In this document: piece after piece, positions 1 to 9,780 of the stretch
Numbering within the stretch: the first letter of the stretch is position 1
Layout of the letters: each line of letters starts with the position of its first letter
DNA from: a virus
Lineage: Duplodnaviria; Heunggongvirae; Uroviricota; Caudoviricetes
Length of the DNA: 64,000 nt
IMG/VR virus record: IMGVR_UViG_3300027977_000006
Reading direction: 5' to 3' (one strand)
Program-made: the position numbers and the translations under genes
Notes under the pieces: model-generated
The model's input: the letters and a program-made list of their open reading frames with translations, nothing else
Told to the model about the DNA's origin: nothing
The model's database searches: none

Positions 1-7
1 ATATTGT

Positions 8-223
8 TTATCTAGGTTGTTCATTTTTGACATTTTTCAATTTATTATTTTCTTTTTGTTCGTATAATAATTTTAGTATTGGACTCAAAGCTTCTCCAAG
101 ACCGATGTGAATTTCTTTTATCTTAGCTGGTATATCGGGGTCAGACAACAAAGATTCTTTTGTTTCTTCATAATGTTTAAGATGAGCTTCACCTTCTTGT
201 ATTAGTTTATCTATGTTATCCAT
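8..223 (-). CDS. hypothetical protein (71 aa)
   Basis: Intact ORF in the leftward compact gene array; protein-like composition. Confidence 0.5.
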   Translation of the reverse strand: MDNIDKLIQEGEAHLKHYEETKESLLSDPDIPAKIKEIHIGLGEALSPILKLLYEQKENNKLKNVKNEQPR

Positions 224-225
224 TA

Positions 226-429
226 TTATTTCTTTGTGTTTGTATTAATCATATCAGGTAAATCTTTACCATTACCTAATGCTAATAATTTAAAATATTT
301 TTCATCGCCTACAATACCATCAACAGACCATTCGGTTTTAATACCATTTTCATAAATTGGAATTGAATAAGTTGGTGATATAGGTTTGATAAACTCTTCA
401 CCTTTTAAATCGTATTTTTTGTCAATCAT
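226..429 (-). CDS. hypothetical protein (67 aa)
   Basis: ORF tightly packed (2-nt gap) with its neighbours. Confidence 0.5.
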   Translation of the reverse strand: MIDKKYDLKGEEFIKPISPTYSIPIYENGIKTEWSVDGIVGDEKYFKLLALGNGKDLPDMINTNTKK

Positions 430-844
430 TTGTAATTATTTTTTCTAATGTAATCGGTTTTTCAGATACAATTATATTTTTTCTAATCCCATCAAATACT
501 GCAATATCATCATAAGGACTAATGATATAAACCATTTCCGTTTTATCATCATTTAATTCTACCGTTAAAGTCATCTCAGGATGATAACTATCGTAGTATA
601 TCTTTACATCATCAACTTCTCCTAGATACAGAATTCCTCGCCAACCGTTACGTTCATACATTTTATCGTAGTAATCATGTCCGTGTTGAAATAAATCTCT
701 ATCCTCATAACCTGAGTAGAAAGCATCTGCTATCTGTTCTTTCTCTTTTTCAAGGAATATTTTTTTAACTCCAATTGGTACAGTTATATCAATTGATTCT
801 AGATTATCAAATAATTCTTGCATTGCTGTTTTTCTATTTTCCAT
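422..844 (-). CDS. hypothetical protein (140 aa)
   Basis: ORF overlapping its neighbour by 8 nt, typical phage packing. Confidence 0.55.
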   Translation of the reverse strand: MENRKTAMQELFDNLESIDITVPIGVKKIFLEKEKEQIADAFYSGYEDRDLFQHGHDYYDKMYERNGWRGILYLGEVDDVKIYYDSYHPEMTLTVELNDDKTEMVYIISPYDDIAVFDGIRKNIIVSEKPITLEKIITND

Positions 845-1226
845 CTGTTCCTATTAATATTATTAATTCTCTTCTTATCTTTTCCCAATATTGTTTGGTA
901 AATTCTAACCCATACTCATTCATTATACTCATAGATAGTATTTCCTCAACTGCTATATAAGCACACTGCTTAGCATGAGCCAATGCTTGGTGAGGTACAT
1001 AATCCTCACCTTCTTTGTATCTTCTTGAGAAATACATTTTATCAACTAACTCTTGTGCTTTTGCTTTGAATGACAGTTTATTTGTAGTTCCTGTATTGAT
1101 TTTATCAGCATTTGGATTGCTGAAGTCTACTTGTTGTATGTGTATATTTTTCAGTGGATTATTTTCTGAAGGTCCAAATTTAGTTGCTTCATTATATCCA
1201 GCTTCGTTTACTTTATTGTGATTCAT
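834..1226 (-). CDS. hypothetical protein (130 aa); shares the motif VDFSNPNADKI-x-GTTNK with CDS 51947..52873
   Basis: ORF; a ~58-bp nucleotide segment (1078-1135) is ~85% identical to 52297-52355. Confidence 0.55.
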   Translation of the reverse strand: MNHNKVNEAGYNEATKFGPSENNPLKNIHIQQVDFSNPNADKINTGTTNKLSFKAKAQELVDKMYFSRRYKEGEDYVPHQALAHAKQCAYIAVEEILSMSIMNEYGLEFTKQYWEKIRRELIILIGTDGK

Positions 1227-1360
1227 TTATCAATCCTTTTAATCGTTTAATTTCTGTAATTACATCATCACCCAATTCAATCTTAGACATCATTGTTAAG
1301 TCCATGATTTGCTGTTCATACAGGTCAATTAGTTCCTGTTGTAGTTTTATTTTTGTTTCG

Positions 1361-1684
1361 TTATTCATAATTTTCTATTTTTGTATCTTTGTATGTTATT
1401 GTTATTAGTTTGGTTGGTGTTGGTGTATAATATTGGTTATCAAAGTTTGGAATATTGTTTGAGTGAAAGTATCTTTCCATACCTGTTTCATAATTATTAT
1501 TAAACCATAGATGGTACCTCTCTTCCAAACTCAATTCTCTTTCTTCAATCTTTAACCCCCACTTTTCAGAGAACTCTCGATTGGTTTTAATTTCATGAAT
1601 AAAAAGTTCTTTTATTGGAACATCTTCATATCCAATATACTTGTCGGTGTATTTTTTATAGACCTCATCAATAACGTTATTCAT
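1361..1684 (-). CDS. hypothetical protein (107 aa)
   Basis: ORF. Confidence 0.5.
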   Translation of the reverse strand: MNNVIDEVYKKYTDKYIGYEDVPIKELFIHEIKTNREFSEKWGLKIEERELSLEERYHLWFNNNYETGMERYFHSNNIPNFDNQYYTPTPTKLITITYKDTKIENYE

Positions 1685-1701
1685 ATTTAAAAATTAAGGT
1701 T

Positions 1702-2154
1702 TTACTTTAATTTTTGATAATCACTTATTTTAGTCTGTAATATACTAACTAAATCATCATTGACATTTCCAGAACTAATATAACTACTTAAAACATTTAT
1801 AATTGATTCCATCATTAACTTGGTTGTATCCTCAATACTTACTGTTTTTTCAGCTGTTTTTAATTCATCAACTTCTTTTATAATCATAGATAAAGCAGCG
1901 TCAGACAATTTATCAAGTTTTTCAAAAGCAGTGTATTTATTTTTTATATGGGTGCTAAAAGCAGTTCCATTACTGTCAGACGTTTCTAACCTCATATAAT
2001 CAGTCGCCTCAACATTTGGGTACTTATATTGCCCACCATTGTTAAAAACAACTGTTAAATCTTTAGTAGCAGTATCATAAACTGAACCACAAATGGTTGA
2101 TGATGAATACATTGCTTTAATTTTTCCGTTTTTTTCTTGTCTTTTAAGAATCAT
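1702..2154 (-). CDS. hypothetical protein (150 aa)
   Basis: ORF. Confidence 0.55.
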   Translation of the reverse strand: MILKRQEKNGKIKAMYSSSTICGSVYDTATKDLTVVFNNGGQYKYPNVEATDYMRLETSDSNGTAFSTHIKNKYTAFEKLDKLSDAALSMIIKEVDELKTAEKTVSIEDTTKLMMESIINVLSSYISSGNVNDDLVSILQTKISDYQKLK

Positions 2155-2177
2155 TTTGTTTTATTTTATTTTATTTG

Positions 2178-2402
2178 TTATTGTGCATGTGTTTTGTAAG
2201 CCTCAACATCTTTTAGTGGAAATATTTTACCAGTGCTAGTTAATGTTCCGTTTATTTCATCACGTTCATCTATTATTACGATAATGTAATCACCAGTAAT
2301 CATCAAACCACAATCATTAAATGTTAATTTTACATTTGACATGGAATTTTTTTGGTCAGACTTTATAAGGAGTTCGACCTTTCCAAATTTTGGAGCTGTC
2401 AT
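2178..2402 (-). CDS. hypothetical protein (74 aa)
   Basis: ORF. Confidence 0.45.
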   Translation of the reverse strand: MTAPKFGKVELLIKSDQKNSMSNVKLTFNDCGLMITGDYIIVIIDERDEINGTLTSTGKIFPLKDVEAYKTHAQ

Positions 2403-2498
2403 TGTTTACATTTTGAGCAAAAATACTAATATTTATTAATAGAGTCAAGTGTTGTAAAAATAAAAATAATTTAGTACCTTTGCTAAAAGCCTAAGAAG

Positions 2499-3293
2499 AT
2501 GAACAGAGAAGTATACCCAAAAGTTAAAATTATAATTAACGAGTCTATTAAAGAGGCGAAATCGTTTAATGATTCAAAAGTTAGGCCAGAGTATTTGGTT
2601 CTTTCTATCTTGATGGATAATGATAATGAATGTGTTAAGGTACTTAAAGCGTTAAAAGTCAATACTTCAGAACTATATGATAGATTGTCAGACCATCTCA
2701 AAAGAAGTGATATAACCCCAAGAGTTGTTGTTTACCATAAAAAAACTGTTCCGTTTTCAGATGAAACAAAAGCTTTAATAAAGTCTTTGGACGAAGAATG
2801 TGAAAAATTAAATGACAATATGATTGATACAATACACATCATGTTGGCCATTTTAGCTAAAAAGAACAATATAAGTGAAATGTTAAACGAATTTTATGAT
2901 GTTACATACGATAATTTTAAAAATGTTATAAAAAATATGAAAGATGAAACCAACAGTGTATACGAAAACGAAAATATTAATGATGAAAGTGAATCATTTA
3001 AAAAGAAATCAAAGCAAAGTGACAACAAAAGTAAAACACCAGTTTTAGATAACTTCTGTAGAGATGTATCTAAAGCTGTTGAAAAAGGCGAAATAGACCC
3101 AGTAACTGGCCGTTCTGTTCAAATTAAAAGAGTTTCACAAATATTATCCAGAAGGAAAAAAAACAACCCTGTTTTGATTGGTGAACCTGGAGTGGGTAAG
3201 TGTATTTGTTCTGATACTAATATAGTTATTAGAAACGATATAACTGGTGAAGTTATTAAAATTAGTTTAAATGAATTTTTAAATAACAAATAA
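2499..3293 (+). CDS. clpC: ClpC-like AAA+ chaperone, N-terminal part: Clp-N repeats, start of NBD1 through the Walker A motif GEPGVGK, fused to a 30-aa intein N-fragment ([30 protein letters not shown]), ending at a TAA stop
   Basis: Matches ClpC TPxLDxFxRDLT...DPVIGR...[20 protein letters not shown]. Immediately after GK comes Cys plus an intein block A (CxxxDTxI), not the expected Thr. Confidence 0.8.
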   Translation: MNREVYPKVKIIINESIKEAKSFNDSKVRPEYLVLSILMDNDNECVKVLKALKVNTSELYDRLSDHLKRSDITPRVVVYHKKTVPFSDETKALIKSLDEECEKLNDNMIDTIHIMLAILAKKNNISEMLNEFYDVTYDNFKNVIKNMKDETNSVYENENINDESESFKKKSKQSDNKSKTPVLDNFCRDVSKAVEKGEIDPVTGRSVQIKRVSQILSRRKKNNPVLIGEPGVGKCICSDTNIVIRNDITGEVIKISLNEFLNNK

Positions 3294-3715
3294 CAATAAT
3301 AACAATAATAACAATGGAAACATTAAAAAAATTTACAAAAACGTGGAATATTAATAATTTTAGTATTCTTACTGATACTGGTTTTAAAAAAATTGATAAA
3401 TTACATGAAACAATTCTTTATGAAGTATACCATTTAAAATTAGCTGATGGAAAAGAACTTAAATGTGCTGATAATCATATTGTATTTGTTACTGAATATG
3501 ATGAAACTACTTTTGAAGCAGTTGGTTTAACTGAAATATTTGTTAAAGACCTAAAAATAGGTTCGTTCGTTATGGTATCTGATAATAATGGCAATTTAGT
3601 AGAATCTGAGGTTTTAGAAGTAAACAATTTGGGTTATAAAGAAATTATGTATGATTTTCAATTAAATGAAAATTCCAACAGACGTTATTTCACAAATGGA
3701 ATTTTATCACACAAC
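3201..3715 (+). other. Intein inserted in the P-loop of clpC. It is divided by a stop codon (3291-3293) and a -1 frame change into IntN (3201..3290, 30 aa) and IntC (3314..3715, 134 aa). The 23-nt spacer is made of AACAATAAT repeats
   Basis: Begins with Cys1, has DT in block A, and ends with HN followed by a +1 Thr. The insertion sits exactly between GK and T of GEPGVGKT. Confidence 0.75.
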
Positions 3716-5518
3716 ACATCAATTGTTGAAGGTCTGGCCCAACTTATTAAAGATGGTGACGCACCTAGAACACTAATAAACAAAAGAATATTCACGTTAG
3801 ATTTAGCATCAATTGTTGCTGGTACAAAATATCGTGGCCAATTTGAGGAAAGAATGAAAGCTGTTTTGGAAGAGTGCAAAGCAAACCCAGACATAGTTCT
3901 TTTTATTGATGAACTACATACGATTGTTGGAGCTGGAAACGCTTCTGGCTCATTAGATGCTTCAAATATATTTAAACCAGCCTTGGCTCGTGGAGAAATA
4001 CAAATCATTGGTGCCACAACATTGGATGAATATCGTGAGAATATTGAAAAAGATGGAGCACTTACAAGACGTTTTCAACAAGTATTGGTAGAAGAGCCAA
4101 CATTAGAAGAAACCAAAACAATTCTAATGAATATCAAAGAAAAGTATGAAAAACACCATAAAGTAACTTATACTGAAGAAGCAATTGACGAATGTGTTAA
4201 ATTATCAGCTAGATATATCATGGATAGGTCGATGCCAGATAAAGCAATTGATGTTTTGGATGAAGCTGGTGCAACAACAAATGTTGTGTTGGAAAAACCA
4301 GAAAAAATTAAAGAATTAGAAATCAAGAAAAGCCAAATCTTAGAAAAGAAAAAAGAGGTGGTTTTAAAACAAAAGTACGAAGAAGCTGCCAAACTTAGAG
4401 ATGAAGAAAGAAAAATTCTAGAGCAACTTCAATCGGCTATGGATGATTGGAATGCAACTCTAGAGAAAAAAACAACTGTGGTTGGTGTAGAACTAATCTC
4501 TGAAGTGGTTTCAATGATGACTGGTATACCTTTGACAAAAATATCAACACAGGAAAGCAAAAGACTAATGAACTTGGATAAAGAACTTACTGGTAAAGTT
4601 ATAGGACAAGATGCTGCCGTTACTAAAGTCGTAAAAGCTATAAAGCGTAATCGTATCGGTATCAAAAATAAAAATAAACCAGTTGGTTCTTTCATGTTCC
4701 TTGGTTCAAGCGGGGTAGGTAAAACTTTATTAGCTAAATTATTGGCTGAACATGTTTATGGTGATGTTGATGCGCTTGTAAGAATGGATATGTCTGAATA
4801 TATGGAAAAACACTCAGTATCCAGAATGGTTGGTGCGCCTCCAGGTTACGTTGGCTACGAACAAGGTGGTCAACTAACTGAAAAAGTAAGAAGAAAACCA
4901 CACTGCGTAATCTTATTTGATGAAATAGAAAAAGCACATGAAGACGTTTTCAACCTGTTACTTCAATTATTAGATGAAGGTCAACTAACTGATGGTTTAG
5001 GTCGTAAAGTAAACTTTAAAAACGCTCTTATTATCATGACATCAAATATTGGTGTTAAAGAAGTTAATTCTTTTGGAAAGAGCTTAGGGTTTGAAACGGC
5101 TGCGACTATTGTTAATGAAGAAAACAAAGCACGTGAGATAATTGAAAAGGCTTTAAAAAAGAAGTTCAGACCAGAATTCTTAAATCGTATTGATGAGGCT
5201 ATAATATTCAGAGGACTAACAGAAGAAGATATACATAAAATCATATATCTTGAAGTTGAAAGCTTAGAAAAACGTTTGAATGAAATGAACTTCAAATTAA
5301 AAATAAGCAAAGAAGCGGTTGAATACTTGGCTAAACAAGGATATGATGAAGCTTATGGTGCTAGACCATTAGCCAGAGCCATTCAACATTATGTGGAAGA
5401 TGCTGTTGCTGATGAAATTTTAAATGGAAACATAAAAGAAGGTGAAACAATTAGTATAGATTTTATTAAAGAAAAAGAAGCCATAATAATAAAGGGTAGT
5501 AAATCTAAATCTAAATAA
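3314..5518 (+). CDS. clpC: ClpC-like AAA+ chaperone, C-terminal part: a 134-aa intein C-fragment ending NGILSHN, then the extein TSIVEGLAQLI..., the rest of NBD1, a short middle domain and NBD2 (second Walker A GSSGVGKT; sensor and arginine-finger regions)
   Basis: The intein TxxH-like block (KCADNHIV) and the terminal block NGILSHN|T are present. The downstream sequence aligns with ClpC NBD1 and NBD2 (VIGQDAAV...FLGSSGVGKT...GYVGYEQGGQLTE...DEIEKAH...GARPL). Confidence 0.8.
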   Translation: METLKKFTKTWNINNFSILTDTGFKKIDKLHETILYEVYHLKLADGKELKCADNHIVFVTEYDETTFEAVGLTEIFVKDLKIGSFVMVSDNNGNLVESEVLEVNNLGYKEIMYDFQLNENSNRRYFTNGILSHNTSIVEGLAQLIKDGDAPRTLINKRIFTLDLASIVAGTKYRGQFEERMKAVLEECKANPDIVLFIDELHTIVGAGNASGSLDASNIFKPALARGEIQIIGATTLDEYRENIEKDGALTRRFQQVLVEEPTLEETKTILMNIKEKYEKHHKVTYTEEAIDECVKLSARYIMDRSMPDKAIDVLDEAGATTNVVLEKPEKIKELEIKKSQILEKKKEVVLKQKYEEAAKLRDEERKILEQLQSAMDDWNATLEKKTTVVGVELISEVVSMMTGIPLTKISTQESKRLMNLDKELTGKVIGQDAAVTKVVKAIKRNRIGIKNKNKPVGSFMFLGSSGVGKTLLAKLLAEHVYGDVDALVRMDMSEYMEKHSVSRMVGAPPGYVGYEQGGQLTEKVRRKPHCVILFDEIEKAHEDVFNLLLQLLDEGQLTDGLGRKVNFKNALIIMTSNIGVKEVNSFGKSLGFETAATIVNEENKAREIIEKALKKKFRPEFLNRIDEAIIFRGLTEEDIHKIIYLEVESLEKRLNEMNFKLKISKEAVEYLAKQGYDEAYGARPLARAIQHYVEDAVADEILNGNIKEGETISIDFIKEKEAIIIKGSKSKSK

Positions 5519-5546
5519 ATAATAAAGGCCCCTTTTTGGGGCCTTT

Positions 5547-6293
5547 TTGATATTTATAATTATGATTGAAGATGAAATTAAAAAACTTTACAGTGATTAT
5601 CTAGACGGATTGGATATTTATGAAAATAGAACCAGTTTAAAAATTAGTAGAATAGTTTTAAAACCAGAAGCTAGACAAGGTGGTGTGGGTACTAAAATTA
5701 TGCAAGCAATAGTTAATTATGCTGACAGAAATAAACAAATAGTGACACTAACACCTTCTTCTGATTTTGGTGGAAATAAAAACAGACTTATTCAATTTTA
5801 TAAACGTTTCGGTTTTAAACATAATAAAGGCATATACAAAAACTTTGAATTCATGGATTCAATGATAAGATACCCTAAATTAAATGAAAACATGAAACCA
5901 ATTATAAAAAAACTTCTTAGAGAAGCTCTTATGACAAAAGAAGAGTCAGCTATTAGAATAGTAGCTGACTTTACAAACTTTGCTAATGAGTTTTTAGGGA
6001 TAAATGATGGTGTACAAGTTAAACTAGCTTTTGAGAGAACTCCAGATTTAAAAACAACTGCGTATTACAATTCAACTGGTTTTCTTGTAGTTTATGTCAA
6101 AGACAGAGCAATAATCGATGTGTGTCGTTCTATAGCACATGAATTGGTACATCATAAACAGAATTTAGATGGAAAACTTAAAGACGCTGTTATAGATGGT
6201 GAAGATGGGAGCCCAATTGAAAACGAAGCAAATGCTGTTGCTGGTATCATAATTAGAAAATATGGTAGACTACACCCAGAGATTTATGTATAG
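5547..6293 (+). CDS. Two-domain protein: an N-terminal GNAT-like acetyltransferase fold (RQGGVGTKIM) and a C-terminal HExxH (IAHELVHH) zinc-peptidase-like domain
   Basis: Motif-level recognition only. Confidence 0.45.
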   Translation: MIFIIMIEDEIKKLYSDYLDGLDIYENRTSLKISRIVLKPEARQGGVGTKIMQAIVNYADRNKQIVTLTPSSDFGGNKNRLIQFYKRFGFKHNKGIYKNFEFMDSMIRYPKLNENMKPIIKKLLREALMTKEESAIRIVADFTNFANEFLGINDGVQVKLAFERTPDLKTTAYYNSTGFLVVYVKDRAIIDVCRSIAHELVHHKQNLDGKLKDAVIDGEDGSPIENEANAVAGIIIRKYGRLHPEIYV

Positions 6294-7143
6294 TACAAAA
6301 CAAATTTTAAGAGAAGAATTATACTTACATAATAAAAAAAAATTATTGTCAGAACATTCTTTATTGCTTATAGAAGATGATTATTATGTTACTACTATTT
6401 TAGGTGTTGATAAATCTTTATTTGAAAATAATTTATTTTCTTATAAACAAACAGTTATCGAACAACAAATTATAGTTGAAAATATGATTGATTCTATCAA
6501 TAGTTATTTAGGTAGTGTTGTTCAAAAAGGTAAAGAAAAATCTTTACAACTTATTAAAACAATTAAAGACACAAAAGAATTGGCTATATTATTTAAAAAT
6601 ATTTTATTAGACCCAAAATTAATGGAAGAAGCTATTGAAAATGTTAAAAAAAATCTTAATGAAACAATAGTTGAGATTAAAAAATTAATTAATAATATTT
6701 TAACTAAATTAGGTTTTAAAATTAAAGGGTTTACTGACAAATTAACAATTTTTTTAGATAAAATATTAGAATATGGTAATAAATTTTTAAATTCAAAAGG
6801 TTGGGTTGGTTTTGTAACAATGCTTGGATTAACAGTAATGTTAATATGGTGTAAAAAAAATTGGTTGGATAAGTTATTAAATTTAGCAATAGAGCAATTA
6901 GAAAATCAAATTACAAACATTACTAGTATTGTTAATATTTTTAATAGTTTAAAAGAATTAATATCTGATGCGGCATCTAACTTAGGGGTTGATGAAATTT
7001 TAAACTGGTTTATTGGTTTTGGTAAAAAAGAACCATTAATAGGTATTGTTTTTAGTGCGATAGAAATAGTTAATATTATATCAGAAATTCTAATACCAAC
7101 TGTAAAAACAATAACAACCAGATTTAATTTAAGTAAATCATAA
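6286..7143 (+). CDS. hypothetical protein with a coiled coil and one transmembrane segment (alternative start at 6262)
   Basis: ORF overlapping the upstream stop by 8 nt; a hydrophobic segment GWVGFVTMLGLTVMLIW. Confidence 0.5.
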   Translation: MYSTKQILREELYLHNKKKLLSEHSLLLIEDDYYVTTILGVDKSLFENNLFSYKQTVIEQQIIVENMIDSINSYLGSVVQKGKEKSLQLIKTIKDTKELAILFKNILLDPKLMEEAIENVKKNLNETIVEIKKLINNILTKLGFKIKGFTDKLTIFLDKILEYGNKFLNSKGWVGFVTMLGLTVMLIWCKKNWLDKLLNLAIEQLENQITNITSIVNIFNSLKELISDAASNLGVDEILNWFIGFGKKEPLIGIVFSAIEIVNIISEILIPTVKTITTRFNLSKS

Positions 7144-7159
7144 TTAAAATTTTAATAAA

Positions 7160-8500
7160 ATGCCTTATAAAGTTAAAGGAAATTGCGTGTACAAAAAAGA
7201 TACTGGAGCCAAAGTTGGTTGTACCAAAGGTTCGGTAGATAAATATTTAGCTGCTCTTTACGCAAATGCTAATGAATCTGTGGAAAAAAATAATTCAATC
7301 AAAGGTGGTAAAGCTGATAAGTTGTCTATTAAAGACATAGCAAAAAAATTTAACGTATCAGTTGAAAAAATTGAATCTCAAATTAAAAAAGGTATTGAGA
7401 TTGAAAAAGAACATACCAATGACAAAGAGAAAGCGACTGAAATAGCAATGGACCACGTTACTGAATTTCCAGATTACTATGATAGAATAGAAAAAATGGA
7501 AAAAGAAGCTAAGAAAAAATGGGAGAATGGAAAAGAAAAAACTAATGAAAATATAAAAAAATCAATAGCTGCTGCTGCTTTAGGGTTAGGTTTAATGGGA
7601 AGTCCTAACGTAAGCAAGGGTATGAATTTAACACCAACAACACAAACACAAACACAAACCCAAAAAGTATTATCTAAAGTAAATTTTGAAGCTTCACAAC
7701 CAATATCAAATCCAGATTTAGATTTAGTTCATGGTGCTTTAGGTTCAAATAGATTACAAGATGATTTTGAAAAAAGAATAGAAGATGAATTAACCAATCA
7801 AATTCAAAACGGTAATACACCTGATGTCTCTAATATAGAAGTAAAAACATACATACAAGGTGATAAAATAATAACCAAAGCATCTTGTGATATTATACAA
7901 TCACAAGATGGAATTGCATATAATCATTTTACAACCAGAGGTTCAATAGGTTCAAGATATGCTGAAAGACACGATAACCAAATAACTGGTTTGATTGATA
8001 GATTAGAAAATTATTATGGTGGTGGTGCTAAACAAGTTGGTAAACCAATTGATATTTCGTTTAATTTAAATGGTAAAGTTATAACATATAGACAAAGCTT
8101 TTTTGTTGCTTCTGATAATAAAAACACGTCAAATATAACTAATCAAACAACACAAAAAATAAGTGGTACTGATATCAATGATTTAAGAAATAAATTAAAT
8201 TCAGAAACCAAAAATGTTTATATTGATATTAACTCTATTAATGTTGATATGAATAACTACAGAATATCGTATAAAACTGGTAATGTTAAAATATATAAAA
8301 TTTCTTTATTGTTTGACGATTCTGGTAATTTAGATAATAGGTTAAGCAATATAAAATCACAAAACCCAACATTTAAAGAAATTAAAAGAGGTAAAATAGG
8401 TAATTTAGATTGGGTTGTTAGTATCATACCTTATGAAGAAATTAATGAAACTAAAGTTCTCATTAAAAAATTGTTAAATGAAAAATTAAACAGTTTTTAA
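7160..8500 (+). CDS. hypothetical protein (446 aa) with a conserved phage N-terminal domain (…DIAKKFNVSVEKIESQIKKGIEIEKEHT…DHVTEFPDYY) and an Asn/Thr-rich C-terminal region
   Basis: ORF; the domain is recalled from other phage proteins (DUF5661-like), unverified. Confidence 0.5.
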   Translation: MPYKVKGNCVYKKDTGAKVGCTKGSVDKYLAALYANANESVEKNNSIKGGKADKLSIKDIAKKFNVSVEKIESQIKKGIEIEKEHTNDKEKATEIAMDHVTEFPDYYDRIEKMEKEAKKKWENGKEKTNENIKKSIAAAALGLGLMGSPNVSKGMNLTPTTQTQTQTQKVLSKVNFEASQPISNPDLDLVHGALGSNRLQDDFEKRIEDELTNQIQNGNTPDVSNIEVKTYIQGDKIITKASCDIIQSQDGIAYNHFTTRGSIGSRYAERHDNQITGLIDRLENYYGGGAKQVGKPIDISFNLNGKVITYRQSFFVASDNKNTSNITNQTTQKISGTDINDLRNKLNSETKNVYIDINSINVDMNNYRISYKTGNVKIYKISLLFDDSGNLDNRLSNIKSQNPTFKEIKRGKIGNLDWVVSIIPYEEINETKVLIKKLLNEKLNSF

Positions 8501-8594
8501 ACTTTAACCTCACCTATAAACTCAAAACTACCACATAAACGTTTATTATCGGCATAGTGATTAAATATGATGAAAACATTATTGAGCGTTTAAA

Positions 8595-9682
8595 TCATAT
8601 TCTCACATAACCAATATACTCGTGTGAAAAACATATTCTTTTATTATCCGTGTAGTGGTTTTTAAATATGTTTAAATGATTAATATCAGTGCGTAAAACT
8701 CGGTTCTTGCTGGTTGGTCTCCATAATTTAGACCTTGAACGGTATAACCCCATTCTTGGATGGGCAGTTCTAGAAAAATATCTATGGCCTTGGTCTACAT
8801 GTATCTGACCAATAGCGTCAGAAAATCTAACACCAATACCCATTCCTTGATAGTCAGGCAAGACAACTGTTCTGTGTCCTCGCCAACCATTTTTTATATT
8901 TCCATTAGGTAATGTAAGCGTAGCTCCAAAAGCAACCACTTGGTCTTCCCAAACACCAATATAGCATCTGGATGCTTTATTTATATTCCCATCTAAATAG
9001 TGATGGTCTTTAAACATTCGCCAAGTATCATAGTTTGTGCGATATATTTTGATAATGATTGGTTTTCGGACAAAAAAAAACCGTTAAGCAATTCACCAGT
9101 GTCTGTGTTAAGCACCCAATCTGGTTCTATCCAATTTAAAATATCGTAATGGCATGTTGATAAAACAACGTTCTCAATGTCATTCGTCTTTATATAACGA
9201 GATAATGCTACACTGGCCGCTTTAGCCACGTTTCTATCAACAACACTAGTATATTCATCAATAACAGCGTTTGATTTAATTTTACGAGCTAAATCAGCCC
9301 TGAATTTTTCACCGTTTGATAAAACAGAATATGGTTTATACCATGAAGGTATAGAATTAAAACCTACTGAACTAAGTCTGTTGATTCCATCATCTGGAGA
9401 ATCAAAATGTGATATAACAGCCTTATTTAAGCCCCAAATGGGTTTTTCTTCGATACCAAAATGTTTTAACATCGTAGTTTTACCACTACCACTACTACCA
9501 ACAATAACACCTATTTTAAACTTTTCGGGTATTTTAGTTGGAAATTTCCATGGATAAAATTTAGAAGTACCGTCAAATAAACAATCAAACGATTTTTCAC
9601 TTGCAGAAATAAATTCATCCTTCTCAACACTAGATGTCAAAGGAATCGATTCTCTTTCTAATTTTTCTATTAATTTTTCCAT
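8595..9682 (-). CDS. ABC-type ATPase (Walker A GSSGSGKTT, signature LSNGEKF, Walker B VIDEYTSVVD) fused to a C-terminal GNAT-like domain (LPDYQGMGIGVRF). It is split into two ORFs by a frameshift at a T9 homopolymer (9076-9084 on plus = A9)
   Basis: Adding one T to the T9 run joins frame 1 (…LLNGFF) to …PIIIKIYRTNYDTWRMFKDHHYLDG, which is the start of the second ORF. Confidence 0.55.
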
Positions 9683-9780
9683 ATGTCACAAAAATAGAAT
9701 AAATTTGCGACAAGTAAATACAAAAAAATAGCTAGACATTCTGAAAAGATGCCTAGCCATTAATATTTTTGGCAGTATAA

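Noticed and set aside
2403-2498. Possible divergent promoter pair between 2178..2402 (-) and clpC (+)
   Set aside because: Only weak matches (GAGCAAAAATACTAAT…; TTGT…TACCTTTGCT) are present, not convincing enough to annotate.
3685-5310. Five minus-strand ORFs (3685..4017, 4168..4392, 4429..4695, 4734..4937, 4981..5310) inside the clpC gene
   Set aside because: They are antisense to a well-supported conserved AAA+ coding region. The translations are low-complexity and hydrophobic. They have no promoter motif.
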